Source: Candidatus Omnitrophota bacterium
GTDB taxonomy: Bacteria; Omnitrophota; Gorgyraeia; Gygaellales; Profunditerraquicolaceae
Direction: 5' to 3'
Assembly (NCBI GenBank): GCA_042577285.1
Contig: JBHPDM010000004.1
Span: 1 to 52,881, forward strand
Length of the DNA: 52,881 bases
Position 1 is the stretch's first letter; the number at the start of each line of letters is the position of its first letter. Below the pieces are notes generated by a model. The model saw only the letters and a program-made list of their open reading frames with translations, did not search any database and was not told the origin of the DNA. Position numbers and translations under genes: made by a program. Shown piece after piece: positions 10,086-17,368 of this stretch.

Positions 10086-11455
10086 CTTGCCGCCTCCAGC
10101 TTCGCTCTCTTTATTGACTGGACTAGATTCCTGTTTGCCGGGCAGACATAATTACATACCCCGCATTCAATGCAATCTAAAACTGAATCGTCTTTTGCCT
10201 GCGCCCAAAGCTCTTTCTCGCAAGCCAAATTCAAAAGACACGGCATCAGGCCCGCCGGACAATCTCTGACACAGGCGCCGCAGCGGATACAGGCCTCTTC
10301 TTCGTTTAGCGCGGCCTCTCTTTTGTTCAACAGGATAATACCGCTTGTAGTCTTTATCACCGGCACCGCATCCGTGCATTGCGCTATGCCCATCATCGGC
10401 CCACCGACCACAATTTTGGCCGGCTGATCCTTCAGGGGGCCGCAATGCCCGATTAACTCTCTTATCGGGGTACCTATCCTTGCCAGAATATTCTTCGGGC
10501 TTGATAGGCAGCTGCCGCTAACAGTCACAATCCGCTCGTACAGAGGTTTATTAAGATAAACCGCCTCGTAAACCGCAAAAGCCGTGGCTATGTTGTGCAC
10601 CACTACGCCGACGTCAAAGGGGAGCTTTCCGGAAGGGACCTCTCTGCCCAAGATATTCTTTATTAATTGTTTCTCTCCACCCTGGGGATACATGGATTTT
10701 AATATCCGTATTTCGTATCCCGCCTCTCCCGAGCGCAGCCGAGGGATATCTTGTATCTTGCTTTGGAAGGCCTTGATCGCCCCGGGCTTGTTATCCTCGA
10801 TCGCGATATACACCTGTTTTACGCCTAAACATCTTACTATCAGACCGACAGCTGAGATGATTTCGCTGGTTTTCTCAAGCATCAGGCAGTAATCGGCAGT
10901 CAGATACGGCTCGCACTCCGCACCGTTAACGATCAAAGAATCTACCGGCTTAGGCGGCTTGAGTTTTATGTGCGTAGGAAATCCCGCTCCCCCCATCCCT
11001 ACGATCCCGGCATCACCTACGATACCACGGATATCTTCGGGCCTTAACTTATCTATTTCGGTCTGCGCTCTGCTTGTCCCGCGAAGTCCCGAGCTAAACG
11101 AGGGAAGCGAAGCCGAGGGATGGTCTGTGGTCTGCCTGTCCTGAGCGGAGCCGAAGGATGGTCTATTCTCTCCATCGCCATTTATGACTATTGCCTTACA
11201 ACGGCCCAGCAGAGGATGCGGATGATCCCTTAAGCCCGTGACCTTTCCGGATATCGAGGCATGGATCGGAGCAAGGACATGGGCCTGGCAAGATGCGATC
11301 TTCTGCCCCAGGGATACTTGGTCTCCGACCCGGACTTGCGGTATGCAGGCCTTTCCCAGATGCTGGCTTAAAGGGATGTAAGCGATCTTTGGAGGCGCAA
11401 ATCTCTCTATGGGCAGGCCTCCCGTAAGATGTTTATGCTCCCTTAACTTGATCAT
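10082..11455 (-). CDS. rnfC: Rnf complex subunit C with in-frame palindromic insertions
   Basis: AGIVGMGGAGFPT, NGAECEPY, YPQGGEKQL and two C-terminal 4Fe-4S motifs. Confidence 0.95.
   Translation of the reverse strand: MIKLREHKHLTGGLPIERFAPPKIAYIPLSQHLGKACIPQVRVGDQVSLGQKIASCQAHVLAPIHASISGKVTGLRDHPHPLLGRCKAIVINGDGENRPSFGSAQDRQTTDHPSASLPSFSSGLRGTSRAQTEIDKLRPEDIRGIVGDAGIVGMGGAGFPTHIKLKPPKPVDSLIVNGAECEPYLTADYCLMLEKTSEIISAVGLIVRCLGVKQVYIAIEDNKPGAIKAFQSKIQDIPRLRSGEAGYEIRILKSMYPQGGEKQLIKNILGREVPSGKLPFDVGVVVHNIATAFAVYEAVYLNKPLYERIVTVSGSCLSSPKNILARIGTPIRELIGHCGPLKDQPAKIVVGGPMMGIAQCTDAVPVIKTTSGIILLNKREAALNEEEACIRCGACVRDCPAGLMPCLLNLACEKELWAQAKDDSVLDCIECGVCNYVCPANRNLVQSIKRAKLEAAR
10728..10746. repeat. 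Short palindromic element CCCGAGCGCAGCCGAGGGA inside rnfC (translated IPRLRSG)
   Basis: Same family as the elements at 11078-11158. Confidence 0.75.
11078..11165. repeat. Composite of nested short palindromic elements and TGGTCT(G/A) heptamers inside rnfC
   Basis: CCCG[24-nt insert]AGCGAAGCCGAGGGA at 11078-11120; heptamers at 11121, 11128 and 11159; CCTGTCCTGAGCGGAGCCGAAGGA at 11135-11158. Confidence 0.75.
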
Positions 11456-12708
11456 GCCGGCTGTTGCTTCTTAAACAGATTAAGCAATCCGAAAAACGCC
11501 AAAAATGTACCCACACTGATCATCACCCACATCGCATCCACTCGCTCCGCAATATAACTGCTGATAAACATAAAGATCAGGAAAGCCAAGTGGATTACTA
11601 TCTCCAGCGAGCTAAAGACTTTGCCGCGCATATGATCAATGCTTGCCTCATGGACTAGGGTATTTGCGATATTCATGATCGGCGAGACCGCCATTCCAAG
11701 CAACATCGCCAAGACTGCTGCCAGGTAAAAACTCTGGAACCTGTCTACGAGAAGGGTAAAAGCTACCAAAACAATACCTGATAAGGAAAGGCAGGCAAAG
11801 ATCGCCTTTTGATAAGGGATCTTCTGGCCGAACCTTCCGTAAAGCAGGGCGCCGAAGAAAAGCCCGAAAGCTAAAAACATGATCAAGAGCCCCAAATCCT
11901 TTGTTGCTGACTGAAGGCTGTTCTGCACAAAGATAATAAAGACGACATAGACCGAGCCCAGCGCCGACCAGAGAAGAAAAAGGATGCCGGTGGTGAAGCG
12001 CATCTTTTTCAGCCTGAAAAGGTAAAGCACCCCCTCCTTTATCTCCTCGATCACAGACTTACTGATCTCGCTTACCAGCTTTGTCCCCTCTATCGCCAGA
12101 TTCCTGGGATGCATAAATCTTATCCTCTTTGGCCTGATCAAAAATATCAATACCGCCGAGATCAGAAAGGTGAGCGCATCCAGGTAAAATCCGCCTTCGG
12201 CCTTCCACCATTCTACTAATAACCCGCCCAGCCCGAAGCCGATCACCGCAGCGATCATGCCGGTAACATTAACCAGGGAATTAGCTAATAAAAGATCCTT
12301 CTTCCGGGCTACCAGGTCCGGGATGATCGCAAGCTTCGCGGTGACAAAGAACCTTCCGATGCAGAAGACCAGGAATATGATAACATACAAAGGTATATTT
12401 GACCCTCTGCCCATCAAAAGTAACGGGATCGCCACCACCAGAATTGCACGCAGGAGGTCAGAGACGACCATTGTCCAGCGCCTGTCCCATCTATCGACAT
12501 ATACGCCTGCCAGCGGACCGATCAGAAATACCGGGATGATCGTAAAGGAGAGGATCTTGGCCATCTGCATCGCCGAACCCGGCGAACGCTCATAGACAAA
12601 GGCGATCAGGGCGATCTGACCCAGGCGGTCCCCCCACTGCGAGAGGATCTGGCCGAACCAGATCAGTGAAAAATTCCTGTTTTTAAGCACTTCTTTAAAT
12701 TTGACCAT
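11452..12708 (-). CDS. MFS transporter
   Basis: About 12 TMs and MFS motif A (GVYVDRWDRR); the stop overlaps the rnfC start. Confidence 0.9.
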   Translation of the reverse strand: MVKFKEVLKNRNFSLIWFGQILSQWGDRLGQIALIAFVYERSPGSAMQMAKILSFTIIPVFLIGPLAGVYVDRWDRRWTMVVSDLLRAILVVAIPLLLMGRGSNIPLYVIIFLVFCIGRFFVTAKLAIIPDLVARKKDLLLANSLVNVTGMIAAVIGFGLGGLLVEWWKAEGGFYLDALTFLISAVLIFLIRPKRIRFMHPRNLAIEGTKLVSEISKSVIEEIKEGVLYLFRLKKMRFTTGILFLLWSALGSVYVVFIIFVQNSLQSATKDLGLLIMFLAFGLFFGALLYGRFGQKIPYQKAIFACLSLSGIVLVAFTLLVDRFQSFYLAAVLAMLLGMAVSPIMNIANTLVHEASIDHMRGKVFSSLEIVIHLAFLIFMFISSYIAERVDAMWVMISVGTFLAFFGLLNLFKKQQPA

Positions 12709-12904
12709 AAGTCATAGGAGAGGTCTTACGATCCTTCGCCTCCATAACTAAAACGATTGAGACTCGGGATCCCTCAAGATTATGTCCCTCGCTACAATAG
12801 AATTCTTCTTCCATTTTTTTATCTATTTTTAAAAACTCCCCGTAATGCTTACACTTAATCGCCTCTTTCTTTATCTCTTCAGCACAAAGGAGACGTTTCT
12901 TCAT
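12695..12904 (-). CDS. Small hypothetical protein
   Basis: 69-aa ORF crossing the islet boundary repeat; no recognised motif. Confidence 0.35.
   Translation of the reverse strand: MKKRLLCAEEIKKEAIKCKHYGEFLKIDKKMEEEFYCSEGHNLEGSRVSIVLVMEAKDRKTSPMTYGQI
12753..12781. repeat. Direct repeat, copy 1 (islet boundary)
   Basis: ACGATT-N4-CTCGGGATCCCTCAAGATT matches 13626-13654, with the 19-bp core identical. Confidence 0.85.
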
Positions 12905-12923
12905 TTCTGAAGGTTAGACATTT

Positions 12924-13349
12924 TCACCTCACCCTAATTTCATACTTCTGAATACTATTCTGCAAGAAACCCCACCCCCAACCGATCAGTTTACCTTCGT
13001 CAAATACAAGAGGAGTCAAATCATCTTCCTTAACGGTAGGGACTTTGTGAGTAAAGCCATAAAATCTGTGAGGCTCCTTTATATCAGTATAATAATATAC
13101 GACTTTAAGCGTTTTATTTTTACCCTGTAAAATTTCGCTCTTATGGGGATTATTGACAGTAAACCTCTCCAAAAAGTTTCTGTCAGTAGCCGAGGCATCG
13201 CCCATAATATGCAAAACATCTACCTCGGCCATACCGATATTTAACCTGACCAATCTCCTGCCATTTGCAGCCCTTAATCTATCGACATTACCTAAAGAAA
13301 TACACCCAACTAAACCCAAACACAACAGCAATACTATAATCTTTTTCAT
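12924..13349 (-). CDS. Lipoprotein, DUF3192-like
   Basis: Lipobox LVGC; NNPHKSE...VYYYT...DDLTPLVFDEGKLIGWG pattern recalled from DUF3192. Confidence 0.65.
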   Translation of the reverse strand: MKKIIVLLLCLGLVGCISLGNVDRLRAANGRRLVRLNIGMAEVDVLHIMGDASATDRNFLERFTVNNPHKSEILQGKNKTLKVVYYYTDIKEPHRFYGFTHKVPTVKEDDLTPLVFDEGKLIGWGWGFLQNSIQKYEIRVR

Positions 13350-13401
13350 AACATCTCTCCTTTTAGCTTCTTAATCAGACAATATGTCTATAATGTATCG
13401 A

Positions 13402-13620
13402 TCAAATGCGAATAATTCCTTTTCCCTTTAATTTTGCTAATATAAATTCTTCCGTCAAAGGCTCTGTATATCTTATTCTCATTAATTTAATACCTTACTC
13501 ATCACAAAATTTTTATTTAATTAGGTTCCTCGCTTGTCCAGGACCAGTAAAGTGTTTAGGCTCATCGTATTCAAAGCCGAATCTCTTTGTTCTATTATAT
13601 ATATCTATCTCCCATCTGGA
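13402..13620 (-). pseudogene. Remnant of a Vsr/DUF559-like PD-(D/E)XK nuclease domain with two in-frame TAA stops
   Basis: One frame reads WEIDIYNRTKRFGFEYDEPKHFTGPGQARNLIK*KFCDE*GIKLMRIRYTEPLTEEFILAKLKGKGIIRI*; no start codon or RBS of its own. Confidence 0.55.
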
Positions 13621-13625
13621 ACTTG

Positions 13626-13654
13626 ACGATTTAAGCTCGGGATCCCTCAAGATT
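13626..13654. repeat. Direct repeat, copy 2, immediately 3' of tRNA-Thr
   Basis: Matches 12753-12781. Confidence 0.85.
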
Positions 13655-13655
13655 T

Positions 13656-13731
13656 TGGAGCCGATGAGAGGGATCGAACCTCCGACCCGCGCTTTACGAA
13701 AGCGCTGCTCTACCAACTGAGCTACATCGGC
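13656..13731 (-). tRNA. tRNA-Thr (CGT)
   Basis: 76-nt cloverleaf, anticodon arm GCGCT-TT CGT AA-AGCGC, GTTCGA T-loop, encoded CCA. Confidence 0.95.
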
Positions 13732-13765
13732 ATGCGAGGAATCCCGAGATTCAAAAACCCTGCCC

Positions 13766-13786
13766 CCTGCCTGCCGGTGAGGCAGG
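13766..13786. repeat. Short hairpin element CCTGCCTGCCGGTGAGGCAGG in the tRNA-Thr leader
   Basis: 7-bp perfect stem CCTGCCT/AGGCAGG. Confidence 0.6.
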
Positions 13787-13803
13787 TATAAACTAACGCC
13801 ATA

Positions 13804-13831
13804 ATTATATCAACTTTTCGCCAATAGTCAA
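13804..13831 (-). promoter_or_regulatory. Sigma70-type promoter of tRNA-Thr
   Basis: TTGACT-N16-TATAAT with extended -10 TG. Confidence 0.75.
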
Positions 13832-13876
13832 TCCATTCGCAGACGGAGAAGATGCTGATAATTTATAAGAATTCAT

Positions 13877-13904
13877 TTGACAAAATATGATTCTATGTTA
13901 TATT
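13877..13904 (+). promoter_or_regulatory. Sigma70-type promoter of the cold-shock gene
   Basis: TTGACA-N16-TATATT with extended -10 TG. Confidence 0.7.
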
Positions 13905-13952
13905 GATTAAGAATTTAGGTAAATCAATGAACGCGAAATCAAGAATACTGGG

Positions 13953-13994
13953 AACCGCAAAGGCAAAAGAAATGATTTGCTTTGCGGTTTTTTT
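13953..13994 (+). terminator. Terminator-like hairpin inside the csp 5' leader
   Basis: AACCGCAAAG/CTTTGCGGTT 10-bp perfect stem with a 7-T run overlapping its 3' end, 25 nt before the ATG. Confidence 0.7.
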
Positions 13995-14019
13995 ATCTAA
14001 AGGGGGTGAAAAGTAGCAA

Positions 14020-14235
14020 ATGGCAAAAGGTAAGGTAAAGTGGTTCAGCAATCAGAAAGGTTACGGCTTCGTTACTTCCGATGATGGCAAAGATATCTTT
14101 GTGCATTACAGCGCGATCCAGGGGGACGGTTACAAGACTCTGGAAGAGGGCGTGGAAGTAGAGTTTGAAGTCACACAGGGACCTAAGGGTGAGCAGGCAA
14201 CTAACGTAACCAAGACGTCCAGTAACCCTATGTAA
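14020..14235 (+). CDS. Cold-shock protein, CspA family
   Basis: GKVKWF, RNP1 KGYGFV and RNP2 IFVHYS motifs. Confidence 0.97.
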   Translation: MAKGKVKWFSNQKGYGFVTSDDGKDIFVHYSAIQGDGYKTLEEGVEVEFEVTQGPKGEQATNVTKTSSNPM

Positions 14236-14254
14236 CCGTTAGGTTGTAAAAATT

Positions 14255-14316
14255 ACCCCCACACCGGTTGGGCTATAGCTTAAGCTATCAACCAATTGGT
14301 GTGGGGGTTTTTATTT
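14255..14316 (+). terminator. Long hairpin terminator after csp, probably bidirectional
   Basis: ACCCCCACACC/GGTGTGGGGGT stem extended by GGTTGG/CCAATT, enclosing the palindrome ATAGCTTAAGCTAT and followed by a T-run. Confidence 0.75.
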
Positions 14317-14499
14317 ATAGTGCCCGCGCACATATTGGGCACCAGATCTACTTGAACTGCTCCTTTACTTTGGGGTGATCCAATGTCTCTGCGGAATTGA
14401 TACAATCTGATAATCTTTCTTGAACACAATCGGGTATATCTTCAAACTGAACACCATGGAAGAATAAACAAGATTGCTGCCATATAAATGCTGCACGTA

Positions 14500-15534
14500 T
14501 CAACTTAATTCCCCCTTATTCATTTCAATGCGTATCCGCGGTAAACATTCTGGGAAGCGTTGTTGCAGAAACTCCAGGAGTTTTTCCCTGACTTCACAAC
14601 GTAAATTCCAAGCAGTAGGAGAATCCGCTGCGCTCATCAACGCTCGTAGTTCAACTGTTTTTTCGGTGGCATTAGTAACCTGCAGCACATTGACCTTTTT
14701 ATCCCACTTTGGGCAGTTTTGTAGAATACGCGTTAATTCATTACGTACTTCTTTCACGGGTACGCTGTAATCGGTATAGATAAAAACAGTTCCCAACAAA
14801 TCTGCTGAAGTCCGCGTCCAATTCTGAAACGATTTTTCGAGAAAATATGATATTGGAACTACTAAGCGCCTTAGGTCCCAGATGCGTACCACCACGAAAG
14901 TAAGGGTAATTTCCTCAATCCAGCCCCATTCATCCTCAATAATAACCACATCATCCAGCCGGATTGGCTGAGCAATGGCTATCTGAATACCGGCAATTAG
15001 GTTTCCCAGTGTTTTCTGCGCGGCAAAACCTATAACTATTCCCAAAACTCCTGCCGAAGCCAATATACTTACCCCTATATGCCTGACTTCTGAGAAGCTC
15101 ATCAGAATAAAAGAAACGGTTAACAAAACTATAGCCACGCTTATGATGTTTGCAATCATACGCATTTGTGTATGCATACTACGGGCATGCAGATTATCCC
15201 GAGTATTAATATCATAACGGTTCAAAAGCGCATCGCGAACAATGTAAACAACCTTTACGGCAACCCAACCAAACAACGCAATAAGCAATATTTGAATAAA
15301 ATGGCCAATAAAGCCGTGCACCTTTTCCGGTAGCCGTAATAAAGGGATAACCACCGAGATACACAAAACTGGTATCAAAAAACGTAACGGACTTTTAATA
15401 AGCCTCAAGTCGGCCTTAAGTCCTTTGGAAAAACCATCGCGCCGTTTAAGTAAAAATGAAACAAGAAGATAAAATATCCACCCGGCAGTAATACTAGAAA
15501 CCATTAAAATACTCGAAAACAAATAGTCGCTCAT
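14500..15534 (-). CDS. mscS: Small-conductance mechanosensitive channel
   Basis: TM helices, GFAAQKTLGNLIAGIQI, GWIEEITLTFVVVRIWDLRRLVVP. Confidence 0.92.
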   Translation of the reverse strand: MSDYLFSSILMVSSITAGWIFYLLVSFLLKRRDGFSKGLKADLRLIKSPLRFLIPVLCISVVIPLLRLPEKVHGFIGHFIQILLIALFGWVAVKVVYIVRDALLNRYDINTRDNLHARSMHTQMRMIANIISVAIVLLTVSFILMSFSEVRHIGVSILASAGVLGIVIGFAAQKTLGNLIAGIQIAIAQPIRLDDVVIIEDEWGWIEEITLTFVVVRIWDLRRLVVPISYFLEKSFQNWTRTSADLLGTVFIYTDYSVPVKEVRNELTRILQNCPKWDKKVNVLQVTNATEKTVELRALMSAADSPTAWNLRCEVREKLLEFLQQRFPECLPRIRIEMNKGELS

Positions 15535-15569
15535 GATTCTAAGTCCTTTCTTTACAAAATAATTCTATA

Positions 15570-15681
15570 CTGCTCCTATTTCTTAAAATAGCCCCCAGAT
15601 ACACCGGGCCCAATAAGGGCATGGTGAGTTTACTATAGACATTTGCCTCAGAAGCGCGAGGCTCAATAAGCACTATTACAT
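15570..15681 (-). pseudogene. N-terminal fragment of a B12-binding radical SAM protein
   Basis: IVLIEPRASEANVYSKLTMPLLGPVYLGAILRNR matches the typical N-terminus of such proteins, then breaks off. The ATG at 15681 is out of frame by 1 nt. Confidence 0.6.
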
Positions 15682-15813
15682 TGATTTTGCAGACGAAATA
15701 AGCGTTAAGACGCCTTTGCCAATTATCCATGCAATAGCGATGACTATCACCGCAATGATAAATGGCTTTAGAGATCCACCACTTGACTTCAATGGATTAT
15801 TCTTATCTTCCAT
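15676..15813 (-). CDS. 45-aa single-TM small protein, not in the ORF track
   Basis: RBS AAGGGGG; MEDKNNPLKSSGGSLKPFIIAVIVIAIAWIIGKGVLTLISSAKSM*. Confidence 0.6.
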   Translation of the reverse strand: MEDKNNPLKSSGGSLKPFIIAVIVIAIAWIIGKGVLTLISSAKSM

Positions 15814-15846
15814 ATTTTCATCCCCCTTTCTTCGGAATTTGCTTCA

Positions 15847-16776
15847 TTACAGTTTATCGACTATCTGATACAAAACCCCTCCTGCAATATCCATCTTGGG
15901 AAACATATATTTGCGCGCGGAAATTGTTATTTCAGTCTTATTGTCTGCGCCTTTCCTCAGCATAAGCGCCACCATCGCTCCGTCAATATTGGCTTTAATC
16001 ACCCCGCCTGACGCATCGTCTTTAGTAATCGTTCCCATGCGTTTTACCACCTCAAGACTTATTTCGTACACATGTTCAAACCTGGCATCAATAATCTGCT
16101 GCACATAATCTTTACCTATAAATGTTGCTGCGACCGCAGCCGGCAGCACCGCCACACCCGTAACAAGAGCAGCCCCGTAGATCTGGGCGTTTTTTATTGC
16201 TGCCGCCTTCATAGGCTCTGCCAACACAAGTAAAGCCAATTGTTGAGCCGTGGGAATACCCTTATAGCTTTTTTGCATATTAACATCGTAGACGTGCACG
16301 CTGGGTTCCGTGCCGGCCGTGTAGTCCTTGTAGACGATCTTGCCGATGCTTAAGGTGAGGAGATCGATTTGCATGGGGGTAGGCGGAGAAGACTTTGATT
16401 CTTTCGCTATTTTTAATGAATCCACGTTGAGAATTCCATCTTTGTTATTGGTAAGCCCCATCTCTTTTAATTCAATCTCCACAAGTAAGAAGTGACGTTT
16501 CTGCTTAAACAATGTAGCGCGATCATATATGACTTTTATTTTGGGGCAGGACACCAGTAAACCTTCCGGGAAGCCGCTGGGATTATACATTTTAAATCCG
16601 GATATGTGTATCGTTGAGCTGAAAATATTCAATGAAAAGCCGTCCATGTGGACCGGCGCTCCGGTGATGTCAGAGGAGACCTTTGTGACCACGGATTTAA
16701 TAATCGGATTTTTAAAAATTGTGCTACATACCAAAGATATGAGTACAATCCCGAGCGCTATAAGAAATTTCTTCAA
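15847..16776 (-). CDS. AsmA-like N-terminal domain fused to a DUF3568-like C-terminal domain
   Basis: N-terminal TM, beta-rich AsmA-type segment (DGILNVDSL) and a C-terminal alpha/beta domain. The start is probably TTG 16776 after GAGGGAGG; the ORF track starts at 16791. Confidence 0.55.
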   Translation of the reverse strand: MKKFLIALGIVLISLVCSTIFKNPIIKSVVTKVSSDITGAPVHMDGFSLNIFSSTIHISGFKMYNPSGFPEGLLVSCPKIKVIYDRATLFKQKRHFLLVEIELKEMGLTNNKDGILNVDSLKIAKESKSSPPTPMQIDLLTLSIGKIVYKDYTAGTEPSVHVYDVNMQKSYKGIPTAQQLALLVLAEPMKAAAIKNAQIYGAALVTGVAVLPAAVAATFIGKDYVQQIIDARFEHVYEISLEVVKRMGTITKDDASGGVIKANIDGAMVALMLRKGADNKTEITISARKYMFPKMDIAGGVLYQIVDKL

Positions 16777-16798
16777 AGGCACCTCCCTCATACCGACG

Positions 16799-16832
16799 AA
16801 CGCCCCTCACCAATCATCGGTGGGGGCGTTTT
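16799..16832. other. GC-rich hairpin upstream of the AsmA-like gene
   Basis: AACGCCCC...CACC/GGTG...GGGGCGTT stem. Confidence 0.5.
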
Positions 16833-16984
16833 GGGCACAAAATGAACTTTGCTTAATTTTGAGGTGGGGTTTTTTTCCTGTAATTAATGCTTTTGTTTAT
16901 TATCAATAAAATTATTTTTTTGATTCTTCATCATAAAAATTATTAACTCTTACTTTATCTTGATTAGAAACTATATATGAAAAA

Positions 16985-17059
16985 TGGTGCCGAGGAGAAG
17001 AATCGAACTTCCCACGCCGGCCTTTTCAGGGCCGCGCTCTACCACTGAGCTACCTCGGC
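16985..17059 (-). tRNA. tRNA-Phe (GAA)
   Basis: 75-nt cloverleaf, anticodon arm CGGCC-CT GAA AA-GGCCG, encoded CCA. Confidence 0.95.
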
Positions 17060-17142
17060 AATGTCGTTCGCTATAGCTTATTCTATGTTTGCAAGTAAAC
17101 TAGTTAAGCTCTTCGCTGTATCTATAGGTATCTTGCTATCTA

Positions 17143-17360
17143 TTGACGCTCACTCCCCATAGGGAAACCCATGTGGTTTCCCCTCTGGTAGACCCCAGTA
17201 GGCGATTCCAGGGGGCCATGTCACCCCTTCCTTAGCAATCAAAAAACTGCGAGCTTAAGGAGAGAACAGTCTTCTCTCCTTAATAATCCTCTTTTTAGGT
17301 TCTCGGCTCTTAAAAGCCTATCCCGCCTTCGGCGGGAGAGCCTCGAACCTCGTCCCGAGA
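17143..17360. repeat. Cluster of hairpins between pssA and tRNA-Phe
   Basis: GGGAAACC/GGTTTCCC (17162-17182), a 12-bp perfect stem TTAAGGAGAGAA/TTCTCTCCTTAA (17255-17283) and TCCCGCC-TTC-GGCGGGA (17321-17337). Confidence 0.6.
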
Positions 17361-17368
17361 TATATATT

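Noticed and set aside
13406-13720. ORFs 13406-13720 (+) and 13513-13716 (-) as intact genes
   Set aside because: Both overlap tRNA-Thr; only the downstream part of the minus frame is meaningful, as a pseudogene.
14317-14345. Degenerate tRNA 3'-end copy (attR) for the tRNA-Phe islet
   Set aside because: TAGTGCCC matches TGGTGCCG at only 6 of 8 positions, too short to support.
14313-14499. Short minus-strand frame (about 51 aa) downstream of mscS with a CPIC after a TAG
   Set aside because: No credible start or RBS and no recognisable family.
6520-17359. Recurrent CTCGGGA/TCCCGAG heptamer in several intergenic elements
   Set aside because: About 6-7 copies of any 7-mer are expected by chance on both strands of 53 kb, so the count alone is not significant.
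17143-17360. Possible tmRNA (permuted), 6S, SRP or RNase P RNA
   Set aside because: GGACGAGGTTCGAG and GGGGTGAC recall tmRNA ends, but there is no acceptor stem with CCA or tag frame; SRP and RNase P signature motifs are absent.
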